DNA of 64,000 bases, taken from a virus (taxonomy: Duplodnaviria; Caudoviricetes). The notes beneath the pieces are model-generated. The model saw nothing but the letters and a program-made list of their open reading frames with translations, made no database searches and had not been told where the DNA came from. Location: the IMG/VR virus record IMGVR_UViG_3300016744_000001; one strand, 5' to 3'. Position numbers and translations under genes: made by a program. Below, in pieces: positions 40,299 to 50,312 of the stretch; positions within the stretch are counted from its first letter, which is position 1; each line of letters begins with the position of its first letter.

Positions 40299-41015
40299 AT
40301 GTCAAGTCGTTCTGCCCTGGTTTCAATGGGCATCAAAGTTGGGAACATCAGTGCTGGCAATGAAGGATTTCATCCAGCAACGATTACGACCAACAAACAG
40401 ACCCACAAGTTCACGTACGAATTGGATCAGACTACACTCACGTTTGATCCGAAGTTGTACGATGAAAACAGCTGGTGCCCAGTCTACAAGATTGGCAAAA
40501 CTGATAAGGGTGGCGATGTCTGGTTGGCGAACATCACTGACAGCATCTCTGACATCAGTGAATACCTGCCACTCTTGGACACACTCTACAACGCTGGTGT
40601 CAATGATGTCATTGAACTGAACATCGCGTCACCTGGTGGTTATATCACAACCGCCACACAGATCTGCACTGCGATCCGTGCTTGCCAAGGCACAGTCATT
40701 GGACACGCGTCGGGGATGTGTGCTTCAGCTGGTTCACTGATCTGGTCGGTGTGTCACGAAGTCACCATTGGTGATGGTGCCAACTTCATGTGGCACATGT
40801 CGTCACACGGTGACTGTGGCAACTCCCTGCGGATTCGGAATGAGGCTGACTACCAAATCAACTATGTCCGTGACGTGCTTCTGAGTATCTCACTGAGTCG
40901 TGGATTCATCACTGCTGATGAGGTAGACCGGATTTGCTCAAACCCGGATGAAGCAGTCTGGATCACCGCACCGATGATGCGGGATCGACTTGCCAAATTC
41001 GAAGAAGCCGCTTAG
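40299..41015 (+). CDS. ClpP-like serine protease (S14)
   Basis: LNIASPGG, GMCASAGS (catalytic Ser), FMWH (His), DEAVWIT. Confidence 0.8.
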   Translation: MSSRSALVSMGIKVGNISAGNEGFHPATITTNKQTHKFTYELDQTTLTFDPKLYDENSWCPVYKIGKTDKGGDVWLANITDSISDISEYLPLLDTLYNAGVNDVIELNIASPGGYITTATQICTAIRACQGTVIGHASGMCASAGSLIWSVCHEVTIGDGANFMWHMSSHGDCGNSLRIRNEADYQINYVRDVLLSISLSRGFITADEVDRICSNPDEAVWITAPMMRDRLAKFEEAA

Positions 41016-41024
41016 GAGTAAAGC

Positions 41025-41909
41025 ATGACCGGAAACTTGAAAAGTAGCGGTGCGGCATTTGCATCAGACGCATTGCTTGAGCTCCAGAACACCACAACTG
41101 GTAGTCAGATGGACATCACCAGTCAGTCTGTGGAAGTTCGCGCGTATGAGTCATTGCAATCCAGTATGCTTGGCACCAAAGACCTTACGTATAACCCACC
41201 AATGCTGACTGGCAGTCTGTCAATCCCTCGTTTGGGAATGAAGCTGTCGGACGCGGCACTGAACTGCTATGGTGGGTGCACTTCACAACAGGACAAGTAC
41301 TACAAGTTGATGCTGTCGACCAATGACAATGTCAACTTCAACTTGTACTTTACAGAATACACTGATCTTGACCACCCCAAGTTCCAGAACCGGTTCTGTA
41401 AGCTGTTGCGGACATTGTCACAAAACACCCAACTGCATATCCACATGGGCAATGGTATCTACGGCTACTATCCCATCTTCTCCTACGGCAACGTCATTGA
41501 CGCCATCCAGCGGACACAGAGCAAAATCGTTGCTCATGTCAATGGACGTGCCGGGTTCTGTGAAACCAGTCTCTGGTTGTTCGCTCATGAACGAGTGATC
41601 TCCGAGTTTGGTTCACTCTACTTTACTGGCATGCAACAGTACCTTGAATGGTATCCTCGTTGGCATTTCTTCTATGAATTCATCTTTAACCGTGCAGTGG
41701 ATCTGAAGATCCTGACACAGGAAGAGATGGATCAGTTGATGACCACCAACATGGACATCTATCTGTCAAGGGCTGAAGTCGTAGCCCGGATGCAACGGGA
41801 TAACAAGCCTGACCCTGTGACACAAGATCCGACTCAACCTCAGCTTACCCCAGCTGATCTTGAGCGTGCTCAGCCCGTCACTGACCTTCAGCAAGCTCCT
41901 CAGGAATAA
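41025..41909 (+). CDS. catalytically inactive ClpP paralog (ClpR-like)
   Basis: IDAIQRTQSKIVAHVNGRAGFCETSLWLFAHERVISEFGSLYF...MDIYLS aligns with the ClpP core, but Ser and His are absent. Confidence 0.6.
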   Translation: MTGNLKSSGAAFASDALLELQNTTTGSQMDITSQSVEVRAYESLQSSMLGTKDLTYNPPMLTGSLSIPRLGMKLSDAALNCYGGCTSQQDKYYKLMLSTNDNVNFNLYFTEYTDLDHPKFQNRFCKLLRTLSQNTQLHIHMGNGIYGYYPIFSYGNVIDAIQRTQSKIVAHVNGRAGFCETSLWLFAHERVISEFGSLYFTGMQQYLEWYPRWHFFYEFIFNRAVDLKILTQEEMDQLMTTNMDIYLSRAEVVARMQRDNKPDPVTQDPTQPQLTPADLERAQPVTDLQQAPQE

Positions 41910-42003
41910 CCATATGACACGGAGAGGTAACCCCTCTCCGTGTCAGTAATTTAAGCTAAATATCAGTTATTTTTTGTACGGCATTTTAACCTGAGGTTTA
42001 CTT

Positions 42004-44166
42004 ATGATCCTTTATCGTAACGACTGGGGCAGACAGGATGCCACAGTCCAAATCAATACCACGAATGAATCGTTCAAGCGCATGCACTTTGTCCTTAAAG
42101 ACATGGGTGTGAAAAACAACGCATTCTTTTTGGCACTCCATCAACCAGAGTTGCTGAACGTAAATCCCCACGATTATGATTCAATCACTCCAGAGATCGC
42201 CGCTAAGATCTCCATCGAGTGCAAGATCAATCCTTGGTACTACATTCGAGAGATCGTGCGCATTCCAGCGACTGGTGTGGAAGCTATTCCGTTTATCTTG
42301 AATCGTGCCAACCTGTTTCTGTTTTGGGCATTCTTCAATAGCTGTGCAACCTTTCTGATTCAACCTCGTCAGACTGGTAAAACTATTGGTTCGATGGCAC
42401 TGATTGTCTGCTTGATGTACTTCACGTATATCAACACTCGTATCAAGCTCTTCACACATAGCAACCAGCTGATCATCGAAAACGTTTCTCGTCTGAAAAC
42501 CATCCGAGATGAGCTACCACCATATCTGATCCATGTGGACAAGAACTTAGATACAGAAAACAAAGAAGAGATTCGGTATGCAGCACTGAATAACGTGTAC
42601 GCCACTAAGACCGCTCAGAAAGATATCGCTGGCGCTTTTAACGCTGGTCGTGGTGGTACCGTCTTGGTGAACCAACTTGACGAAGCTCCCTTCTGTTCGA
42701 ATATCCGGATCTCCTACCCAGTTTTGATGAACGCCAAGAACGCCGCTATGGCAATTGCTCGTGAGCACAACATCCCTTTTGGTGACATCATCACGACAAC
42801 TGCGGCTAAGTTGAACACTGACTCTGGTGCGTATGTGTACAACATCATGCGTAAGTGCTGTGCGTTCAACGAGCGGATGTACGATCTTGAGTCCAATGCT
42901 GCCTTGAAGTACGTCCTTAGAAAGAACAGTCAGAATGGCATGCTGTACGGTGAGTTCTCTTTCCGTCAGTTGGGCAAGACTGTTGAGTGGGCAGAAGAAG
43001 TTGCCAGAGAAAACAACCTTGAACAGGAAGACATCGAACGTGATTTGTACAACCGTTGGTCGTCAGGTAGTGAACGTCCTGCTGTTGATGTCGATCTCTT
43101 GGCCAAGATGGATGATGGTAAAACTCATCCTGTGCACACAGAAGAAGTAGATGGTTACCTGTTTAGATGGTACGAGCATCCAACGCAAGTGTGGAGTGAT
43201 CCGAACAGATTCTTTGTCATGGGTCTGGATACTTCAGAAAACATTGATGAAGACTTCACCACAATCCACTTCATGGATATCAGTGATCTCTCCACTGTAA
43301 TGACCAGTCGTTGCAATGACTCTGACTTGGTCAAACTTGGATTGTATCTGGCAAAGATGTTGATCGCTCACCCGAACTTTGTTCTCGTTCCTGAACGTCG
43401 TTCAACCGCTTCAGTTCTGATTGCGATCATCTGTGCTGAATTGTGGAAAGCTGGGATCAATCCATTTACCAGAATCTACAATAAGGTTTTCCAATGCCGT
43501 GAAGAAATGCCATTCAGCAAGATGGATGTCAGCAACAAGTATGCCAGTGAAGGACCAACAAAGAAGTTCATCGGGTTCACAACCACAGCTTCAGGTGAGA
43601 ACTCTCGTGACGCCCTCTACAAGTTCACACTGAATCGTGCACTCAAGATGAACTACGCTGTTGTGCGTGATATCAACCTAATTCAAGAACTGCACACACT
43701 AACTCTGCGTAATGGTCGAATCGACCACTTAGCTGGAGGACATGATGACTCTGTCATTTCGTTCATGCTCGCCGCTTGGTTCATTATTCACGGTCGTAAC
43801 CATCACTTGTACGGTATCCCAACCCACATCAAACTTGCCAAAATTGGTGGTAGTGGTGAAGCCATCGACATGAAGCGGAGCCATCGCCAGCGTCAACTGC
43901 AGATCAGGATCAAAGAACTTGAGAAGCAGATCAATGGCACAACTGACTCCATCATCAAAGTCGACTTGATCAAAGAGAAGAAATTCTTAGAGAACAGTCT
44001 ACTGGCACTTGGTCCCGGAGTACAATCAGTTGCAGCTATTGGTGACTTGCAGAGTGCTCCGTTGCAAACGGTTGATATGTCTGAGTTGGCACAAGCATTG
44101 TCCAGAGATGCCCAAACCAACAAGCTGAAGAAACAGATGACTGATCCACTATTCAAGTATTGGTAA
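42004..44166 (+). CDS. terL: terminase large subunit (phiKZ gp25-like)
   Basis: ECKINPWYYIRE, Walker A QPRQTGKT, Walker B QLDE, TTTA, nuclease GLDTSE and GGHDD. Confidence 0.92.
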   Translation: MILYRNDWGRQDATVQINTTNESFKRMHFVLKDMGVKNNAFFLALHQPELLNVNPHDYDSITPEIAAKISIECKINPWYYIREIVRIPATGVEAIPFILNRANLFLFWAFFNSCATFLIQPRQTGKTIGSMALIVCLMYFTYINTRIKLFTHSNQLIIENVSRLKTIRDELPPYLIHVDKNLDTENKEEIRYAALNNVYATKTAQKDIAGAFNAGRGGTVLVNQLDEAPFCSNIRISYPVLMNAKNAAMAIAREHNIPFGDIITTTAAKLNTDSGAYVYNIMRKCCAFNERMYDLESNAALKYVLRKNSQNGMLYGEFSFRQLGKTVEWAEEVARENNLEQEDIERDLYNRWSSGSERPAVDVDLLAKMDDGKTHPVHTEEVDGYLFRWYEHPTQVWSDPNRFFVMGLDTSENIDEDFTTIHFMDISDLSTVMTSRCNDSDLVKLGLYLAKMLIAHPNFVLVPERRSTASVLIAIICAELWKAGINPFTRIYNKVFQCREEMPFSKMDVSNKYASEGPTKKFIGFTTTASGENSRDALYKFTLNRALKMNYAVVRDINLIQELHTLTLRNGRIDHLAGGHDDSVISFMLAAWFIIHGRNHHLYGIPTHIKLAKIGGSGEAIDMKRSHRQRQLQIRIKELEKQINGTTDSIIKVDLIKEKKFLENSLLALGPGVQSVAAIGDLQSAPLQTVDMSELAQALSRDAQTNKLKKQMTDPLFKYW

Positions 44167-44168
44167 AA

Positions 44169-44227
44169 TACAGAGGGAGGGCATTGCCCTCCCTCTGTAA
44201 ACTAAATATTTTTAGCAGATATATTAC
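44169..44227 (+). promoter_or_regulatory. hairpin (44169-44199) overlapping an early promoter
   Basis: 15-bp inverted repeat; TGTAAA at 44196 and TATATTAC at 44220. Confidence 0.7.
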
Positions 44228-44278
44228 TTTACAGATGTTGAATATCAATCTGCATAACCTTTAAAAATAGAGGCACAT

Positions 44279-46558
44279 ATGTCCAGACATGCAAGATGGC
44301 GAGTAACCGTTACCTGGCCGGGTGATGAAAACATTGTGTATGCCAGGCCAATCAAATCTGATTCCAGGAAGCTCCCGTGCACCGTACAGCCTCACCGCAG
44401 TCATTCTGCTGCCAGTCGGTTGGTAAAAGAAATTGCTCTTTCACTGCAGACCACCATGCGTCAATGCGGGTTTACCCCTCAGGATATTGACCACCTGAAA
44501 ATCTTGCCGCCGATATGGAAGCTTGAAGCATTCCTTGCTGAAAAGCTGTCGACAACACCGGCATACTCCTTATCAGTTCGATTTTGGCTGCGGTCTGTCT
44601 GTTTGGTCAGTATCACTGTGGAGTGGACTGATCCCGACGACCGGTCCAATGAACAGACAGCCGGGATTGACATCGCTTACATCACCGACAAAACGGCGGA
44701 TAAGCTGGGAACGATCGACATTATCGGTTTGTCCACGGATATCGGGAAACTGGCAGACATCTTTGACTCCAGTTCTTTCGATTTTACAGAAATGTGGACT
44801 TTCGGCGCTGACAATGCCGGGGATGAACTTACCACCTACCAAAACCTTGAGGACGCTATGAGCAGCAAAAAGAAAAATCAGACCACCACGACTGAAGATG
44901 ACAAGACCATCGGCGAAGCAATACCGTCACTTGATCGGCTGTTGGTAGCAGTGCATCCCAGGATTACTGAGCTCTTCACCGATGAACCCAACCCGACCGA
45001 CGAACAAAAAGCCGACATCGTCAAACAGATCTATTGGGTGATTGCTCGTGAGCTGGACCTGCGCTCCAGAAGCATTATCAAAACAGCCACTCCCGTGCCG
45101 GCGATTGTCCCCTCATTCCTTGCGTCGATAAGCGACCCTGTTGTTGCAGACAAAATGATCTCAGCCGTTTGCCAGGTACAGGACGCAGTTGATGTGTTAC
45201 GTTTGTCGGCAGATCAATCTGAAATCCTGAATAATTTCGATGTTATCATCGGCGTTGTGAATGGGTTTGTCAGACAGATCAAAGATTACCATGCTGACGA
45301 GACCACATCAATGTCAACACCTGAAAAGTCCAAACGTGAACGGCTCATCGAGCTGCTCAGCGAAGCCAAGAGTGATGAAGACATCAGCGACATCCTGCTG
45401 GCTTACAACGGGGCAACACCTGTGGTAAGCGAACGCACCAAGCAGGTGGATGCCGGCATCACAAAGATCCGTGACCTGTTGGCCAAGACTGGGCATGATT
45501 GGACCAATGAAATGGTCCTGGAGGAAATCTATCGCATCCTGATCAACGTCATCGACTGGCTCGTGATCGATGACATGGTCCAGGGCAACAATGATGAGCT
45601 GTCAAATCCGCTCACTGCAGACCAGGCTGCAAAAACACGTCTGGCGGTAATGGAATTCATCCACGACGTGGATATTTTTCGTAGAAGCAATCATTCCTTT
45701 GCGGCGGTCGCCAGTTTCTTGGACAGCATGGGTTACCTGGCAAAGAAACACAAAGTTGTGGTGGTGACTGGTGATGGCATCCTTTCGGATCTGTTGGAAT
45801 ACTCCAAGGTTCCAGCAGAAGATCGTGCTGCGGTCAAATCACAGATCATCAAAGTGATCAACCGTGAAGGTAACCTCAACAGGACCGGGACCTCTGCTTC
45901 GACGTGCCAAGGGTTTACTTTGTCGTCGGATCGAACCGCGCAGCATGACCACAAACGTGTGGCCGTACGTGGGATGCTTCGTACATATGGTTCGGTCAAA
46001 ATGCAGCAATTCTGCATGGATTGCCAACATGTTGCAGACTGTAAGCACTGCAACCTTGTGCTCCAGAATCGTGTAAACGATGATCGCCCCAGTCGGAGCA
46101 GCTTTGATGTCAAGGTACGACTCATTGCTGCCGACATGACCCAACCAGAAAGTCAGCAGCGTGGTGAGCAGGTACGTGTTGACAGTCCGTCAGATTCATT
46201 TTCTGACTTCGGCACCGGCCGCATGGCCAAGGCCTCGGACGAACGCCGTCGGAAGTACCACCTTGACGCCCGCCGTGATCAGATCATGGAGCTCAGAGAT
46301 CCCGACCTGCTGCTCAACTGTTTCAACTGCACTGATCTGCCCACTTGTGAGGCATTTGCTGAACGGGTGGAAGAACTGAAGAACGATCCCTTCCGCCCGG
46401 TTTCCCGTGGTGATAGCCGTGTGAAAAATCTGCTGGATATGCTGGAAAAGACTCATGTCCAATCCAGTGTTGCCAAGGGTCAACAGCCGGAAGACAATGA
46501 TTGCGACCAGGCAGCGCACCGTGTCCTGAATCGCCTCTTTCGCCGCGCCGGACGATAA
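44279..46558 (+). CDS. large multidomain hypothetical protein with C-terminal Cys clusters
   Basis: 759 aa; CMDC....CKHC and CFNC....C; possible internal start (GAGG..ATG, MSSKKK). Confidence 0.65.
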   Translation: MSRHARWRVTVTWPGDENIVYARPIKSDSRKLPCTVQPHRSHSAASRLVKEIALSLQTTMRQCGFTPQDIDHLKILPPIWKLEAFLAEKLSTTPAYSLSVRFWLRSVCLVSITVEWTDPDDRSNEQTAGIDIAYITDKTADKLGTIDIIGLSTDIGKLADIFDSSSFDFTEMWTFGADNAGDELTTYQNLEDAMSSKKKNQTTTTEDDKTIGEAIPSLDRLLVAVHPRITELFTDEPNPTDEQKADIVKQIYWVIARELDLRSRSIIKTATPVPAIVPSFLASISDPVVADKMISAVCQVQDAVDVLRLSADQSEILNNFDVIIGVVNGFVRQIKDYHADETTSMSTPEKSKRERLIELLSEAKSDEDISDILLAYNGATPVVSERTKQVDAGITKIRDLLAKTGHDWTNEMVLEEIYRILINVIDWLVIDDMVQGNNDELSNPLTADQAAKTRLAVMEFIHDVDIFRRSNHSFAAVASFLDSMGYLAKKHKVVVVTGDGILSDLLEYSKVPAEDRAAVKSQIIKVINREGNLNRTGTSASTCQGFTLSSDRTAQHDHKRVAVRGMLRTYGSVKMQQFCMDCQHVADCKHCNLVLQNRVNDDRPSRSSFDVKVRLIAADMTQPESQQRGEQVRVDSPSDSFSDFGTGRMAKASDERRRKYHLDARRDQIMELRDPDLLLNCFNCTDLPTCEAFAERVEELKNDPFRPVSRGDSRVKNLLDMLEKTHVQSSVAKGQQPEDNDCDQAAHRVLNRLFRRAGR

Positions 46559-46625
46559 TCAATAACCGCAACTATTAATCAGAGTGGGGAGAAGTTTCTC
46601 CCCACTCTGGTATTTTAGGAGCATT

Positions 46626-47279
46626 ATGCTGACAAATAAAGCTGTGATGGAAATTGATTTTTCAGTATTCACATCAACTCCGGTTAAGAAAAAGACAAAC
46701 CATGGTGTTCCTAGAATGGCTGGCTTGTCAGTTGAGCTTACTGAAAAAGGTACGGAACCAATAAACTTTCGAGAGAAGTTGATGCAGAAGTTGGCAAGTT
46801 ATAACTTCTTGCTTACTCCTCAACAACAGAATCGAGTCCTTTGTATTTTTGAGTGGGCAATAATCATTGATGATTTTTACAACAAGACTCAAAACAAATC
46901 CTCAGAATTCACAAAGCACTTCAAAATACTTGTTGACAAAGCACAACACTTGATCAGACTCTCATCGGAGTTTGAACAGATGGAAACAACGTTTCAAGTT
47001 GGCGTCAACAATAAAACCGCAATTGTTTTCACGGGGACACCCGCACAAGTCTTTTCAATTAGGCATGCAGCACTTTTTGAAAACTTCCACTTGTTTAATG
47101 GTGAAAATCCAGAAGAACATTTGCAAAAACAGAAAGTGCTGTTTAAATACCGTAGGGCAAAGTTGGTGGAAACTGAATTTGTCGACGGAATAAAGTGCCA
47201 GTGTTACACCAGTATATTTGCTGGTGCTTCTGCGCCAAGACACAGTGTCACAATCACATTAGTACTGGACGAAGATTAA
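46626..47279 (+). CDS. hypothetical protein (AT-rich)
   Basis: AGGAG RBS before ATG 46626. Confidence 0.65.
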   Translation: MLTNKAVMEIDFSVFTSTPVKKKTNHGVPRMAGLSVELTEKGTEPINFREKLMQKLASYNFLLTPQQQNRVLCIFEWAIIIDDFYNKTQNKSSEFTKHFKILVDKAQHLIRLSSEFEQMETTFQVGVNNKTAIVFTGTPAQVFSIRHAALFENFHLFNGENPEEHLQKQKVLFKYRRAKLVETEFVDGIKCQCYTSIFAGASAPRHSVTITLVLDED

Positions 47280-47288
47280 GGAGGTAGC

Positions 47289-47855
47289 ATGGCAGATTAC
47301 TATCAGATCTTTGCTAAGACTGTTCAGGATTTTCCTGAAAAAGCAGCAAACGACCTCAATGCGCTGATTTCCTTTGCGGATACCAGAGAGTTTCCGGAAC
47401 CGGAAGAACCCCTTGGTGGGCTCCCGGAATGGTACGCAAAGAAACACAACCTCACTGATGACCAGACCACGCTGGATACTCAGTTGGCACAACAGGTTCT
47501 TGATGCTCAGGACATCTACTCGTGTGGCACTGATGTCATCATTGAATCCAGCAAGGATGGTAAGTGCGATCTTTACCTGAAAGCTGAACTCAATGGTGAT
47601 CCTCATGCCGTGATGTCACTGATGTCAGAAGTAATGCAAGAACACAAAATCGATGAACCCATCATCCTTGAAGCCGCCGTCACTTGCAGTCGGATGCGCT
47701 CAGGTGCTTTTGGTGGGATGGTCACTGTTGCTGGCCCCGGTGTTGTCATGCACGAAAACACTTGGAGCCTGGGAACAACTTTGAAAGACATGATCGCACG
47801 CAATGAAGACGAAGGGGAACTTCGTCCTTTCACTACGAGGACCAATAATGAGTAA
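47289..47855 (+). CDS. phage hypothetical protein
   Basis: AAGGAGG RBS; MADYY...TCSRMRSGAFGG. Confidence 0.7.
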   Translation: MADYYQIFAKTVQDFPEKAANDLNALISFADTREFPEPEEPLGGLPEWYAKKHNLTDDQTTLDTQLAQQVLDAQDIYSCGTDVIIESSKDGKCDLYLKAELNGDPHAVMSLMSEVMQEHKIDEPIILEAAVTCSRMRSGAFGGMVTVAGPGVVMHENTWSLGTTLKDMIARNEDEGELRPFTTRTNNE

Positions 47856-48774
47856 AGTTATTCTTCCGTGGTTTGATCCTGAAAACCAACAGGATTACCG
47901 CTGCTTGATGTGGAACCTGACCAGGCAGTGCACTGCAAATTGTCCGTACTGCCCTTTCCACTATAACCATCGCAGCCCTTATGAACATGATGCCGCCAAG
48001 ATTATCTCTTGGATCTGGGAACAGTTCATGAAGTATCCTGCGAAATATACCCAGGTCAGTTTGTTTGGTGGTGAACCCACCTTGCATCCGAGATTCATGA
48101 AGATCGTGCAGACTTTGAACGAGCTTGTGCAGAACGTTCTGGTCTACACCAATCTCAGTGACTCGGTGTCTTTCTACTTCAAGACACTTGGGTATGCTCG
48201 AGTTTCCTTGATCACAACGTATCACGAAAACCAGATGTCTCCAGAAATGTACATCCAGAAGCTACGTTACTTGAAAGAGTTCGCAACCATGCCCGGGTAC
48301 GAAGATATCTGTAAACGTATCATTGTCACCGTCATGACCAGTGATCCTTCGCATCAGCAGGTGTTTGAAACCTTGCGGTCTGAGGGCTTTCAGGTTAGCC
48401 TGGCTGAACCTCATCGTGGTGGTCAAGGTCATTCACATCTCAAAGAAGACAAAACAATCATTGACACTGCTGGCTGGAAGAAAGTCGTCAACAACAATGC
48501 GAATTGTTTTACTGGCTGGGAATGTCTGGCCGGAAAGAACAATCTCTACATTGAAGAAAACGGCGACGTCTTTCCTTGCCAGTGCATGGGTCAGCGTGCG
48601 TTCCTTCAGAAAGAAGACGCTACTGCTCCTTTGACAAACATCGTCAGTGATCCTACCTTTGACTGGGGCAACGTTCCTGCAACCACTTGTACAATGAAGG
48701 CGTGTCGCTTTGAACTCTTCCTCACAAAAACCGAACCGGTCCTGGGCAGCGGAGAAGATGGAAATCACAGTTGA
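47848..48774 (+). CDS. radical SAM protein with SPASM/twitch-like C-terminal domain
   Basis: CTANCPYC, GGEPTLHP, YTN, CLAGKNNLYIEENGDVFPC. Confidence 0.88.
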   Translation: MSKVILPWFDPENQQDYRCLMWNLTRQCTANCPYCPFHYNHRSPYEHDAAKIISWIWEQFMKYPAKYTQVSLFGGEPTLHPRFMKIVQTLNELVQNVLVYTNLSDSVSFYFKTLGYARVSLITTYHENQMSPEMYIQKLRYLKEFATMPGYEDICKRIIVTVMTSDPSHQQVFETLRSEGFQVSLAEPHRGGQGHSHLKEDKTIIDTAGWKKVVNNNANCFTGWECLAGKNNLYIEENGDVFPCQCMGQRAFLQKEDATAPLTNIVSDPTFDWGNVPATTCTMKACRFELFLTKTEPVLGSGEDGNHS

Positions 48775-49027
48775 TTATGTTTTCAACATGACCATCTGGA
48801 TGATCGGACTTGCTTTGTTCTACGCAAGAATCATTGCAACTGATCAACGTCCTGGGATTGCATTCATCAACTGTTTTGGCCAGATGGCTTGTGCCTAGTT
48901 AGTGACTCTCCAACTCAATCAGTGGGGAGTAGAACCAAGATCTTGGGTTTTAAAAGCCATCCTCTACATGAGTCTCTGCGCATTCGTCTCTTGGTTTGGA
49001 CAACTAACACTGGGCATGTTTGCCTAA
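48758..49027 (+). pseudogene. small membrane protein interrupted by an in-frame TAG (48896-48898)
   Basis: Frame stays open and hydrophobic for 42 codons past TAG and ends in a TAA overlapping the next RBS. Confidence 0.5.
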
Positions 49028-49037
49028 GGAGAAACAC

Positions 49038-49694
49038 ATGAGTCAGGAAAATACGGTCACATTGGAGTTTTCTGGATCGTCTGCTACCGTGGCAACTGGT
49101 GTGGTTGGTTCTGACCACGTAATTATTCCGAAACTTGGGCACCACAAAGGTGCTGGGCTGACGCAACTGACCTGGGAATTGCCGACAACCCCACCTGAGG
49201 ATGTTGTCACCACTGTGCAACAGTACATCCACGACATGTTCGATGAGGCAATCGCTCTGGCTCAGCCCACTCCGGAAAAACGGGATGCTCACCCAGAACC
49301 CCATTTTCGCCTGATGTACAACACCTTGGTGATGGCACTTCACCGACTCGAAGATTCCCTTCAGGGCATGATGATCCGTGATGACACGGCAGTTGAACGA
49401 CACAAAGTGCGGGTGGAAGTGCATTTTCTGACGCGTGACACCCCCCTCAAAAGGTCTCTCCCCACCTCTGGTTATCTCTGGGTTGAAGCTGTGATTGCCT
49501 CTGCCAAACCAGTGCACCCGCCGTACTACTCCAGCAGTGATCGAACGGTGGTACTCAACCGTCTGGTAGACAGCGATGAAGAATACATGCTGCTGACCCC
49601 TCAGACAGAAATCAGCACTCATGAGGAATTGCGGCGTTTTCTGATATCGCGGGAAAACAGATCCCAGGAGGAGCAGAGTGGCGACGGTAACTGA
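49038..49694 (+). CDS. hypothetical protein
   Basis: AAGGAG RBS before ATG 49038. Confidence 0.7.
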   Translation: MSQENTVTLEFSGSSATVATGVVGSDHVIIPKLGHHKGAGLTQLTWELPTTPPEDVVTTVQQYIHDMFDEAIALAQPTPEKRDAHPEPHFRLMYNTLVMALHRLEDSLQGMMIRDDTAVERHKVRVEVHFLTRDTPLKRSLPTSGYLWVEAVIASAKPVHPPYYSSSDRTVVLNRLVDSDEEYMLLTPQTEISTHEELRRFLISRENRSQEEQSGDGN

Positions 49695-50283
49695 GTTCAA
49701 ACCGCAAAAAGAGAAAGCGCTGCCAGCGCCAACTTTCACGTATGAAGAAAAGTTCTTCCGTGAATTTACGGCGAATGAACCCCCGGCTTGGGATATCCGA
49801 GTGGAAATATCTCGTATCCCAAAGCGGGTAAATGTCGATCCAAAAGCCTTGCTCTGTCTTGGACCACTGAGCACAATGGCGGCCGCGTTTTTGGCATTCC
49901 GTGCTGAATGGTTCGCTGAGCTTGAAAACAAGCAAGCTCAGAAGAACTGTGCAACCAAGTTTGTGCAGATCATTCGCGAAGCTTGCGAAAAACTCCCGGA
50001 CAATCTGTTCAGTGAAATGCAAATTGGAATGGAGGTCGATTGTGGTGGTTCAGTCCTCACACAACACTCCATCCATCGTCGAGCATCAGCTGTTGATTTC
50101 CTGTACAGCACTGACATCATCGGTTTCTTTTCCAGACTCGCTGAGACCAAAAAGGTCGCTGTGATGTCAGCCATGATCTTTGAGCTGCCTGAAGCTATCT
50201 GTCAGGTAGAACCACTCATCGTGCGCAGTGACCGTAGCAAACATGTCCGTGTGAATGTTCGAGTGCTGTCAACCTTGCCTTAA
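49678..50283 (+). CDS. hypothetical protein
   Basis: GGAGGAG RBS, GTG start. Confidence 0.7.
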   Translation: MATVTEFKPQKEKALPAPTFTYEEKFFREFTANEPPAWDIRVEISRIPKRVNVDPKALLCLGPLSTMAAAFLAFRAEWFAELENKQAQKNCATKFVQIIREACEKLPDNLFSEMQIGMEVDCGGSVLTQHSIHRRASAVDFLYSTDIIGFFSRLAETKKVAVMSAMIFELPEAICQVEPLIVRSDRSKHVRVNVRVLSTLP

Positions 50284-50312
50284 TCTATTCCACTTTCAGT
50301 TAAGGAGCAGTC

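Noticed and set aside
42004-44166. Intein or intron in the terminase
   Set aside because: The 720-aa ORF is continuous with normally spaced motifs and no intein or homing-endonuclease signature.
49038-50283. Paralogy of the two adjacent ORFs (HKVRVEVHFL vs KHVRVNVRVL)
   Set aside because: The similarity is limited to one short strand and is not convincing without profile alignment.
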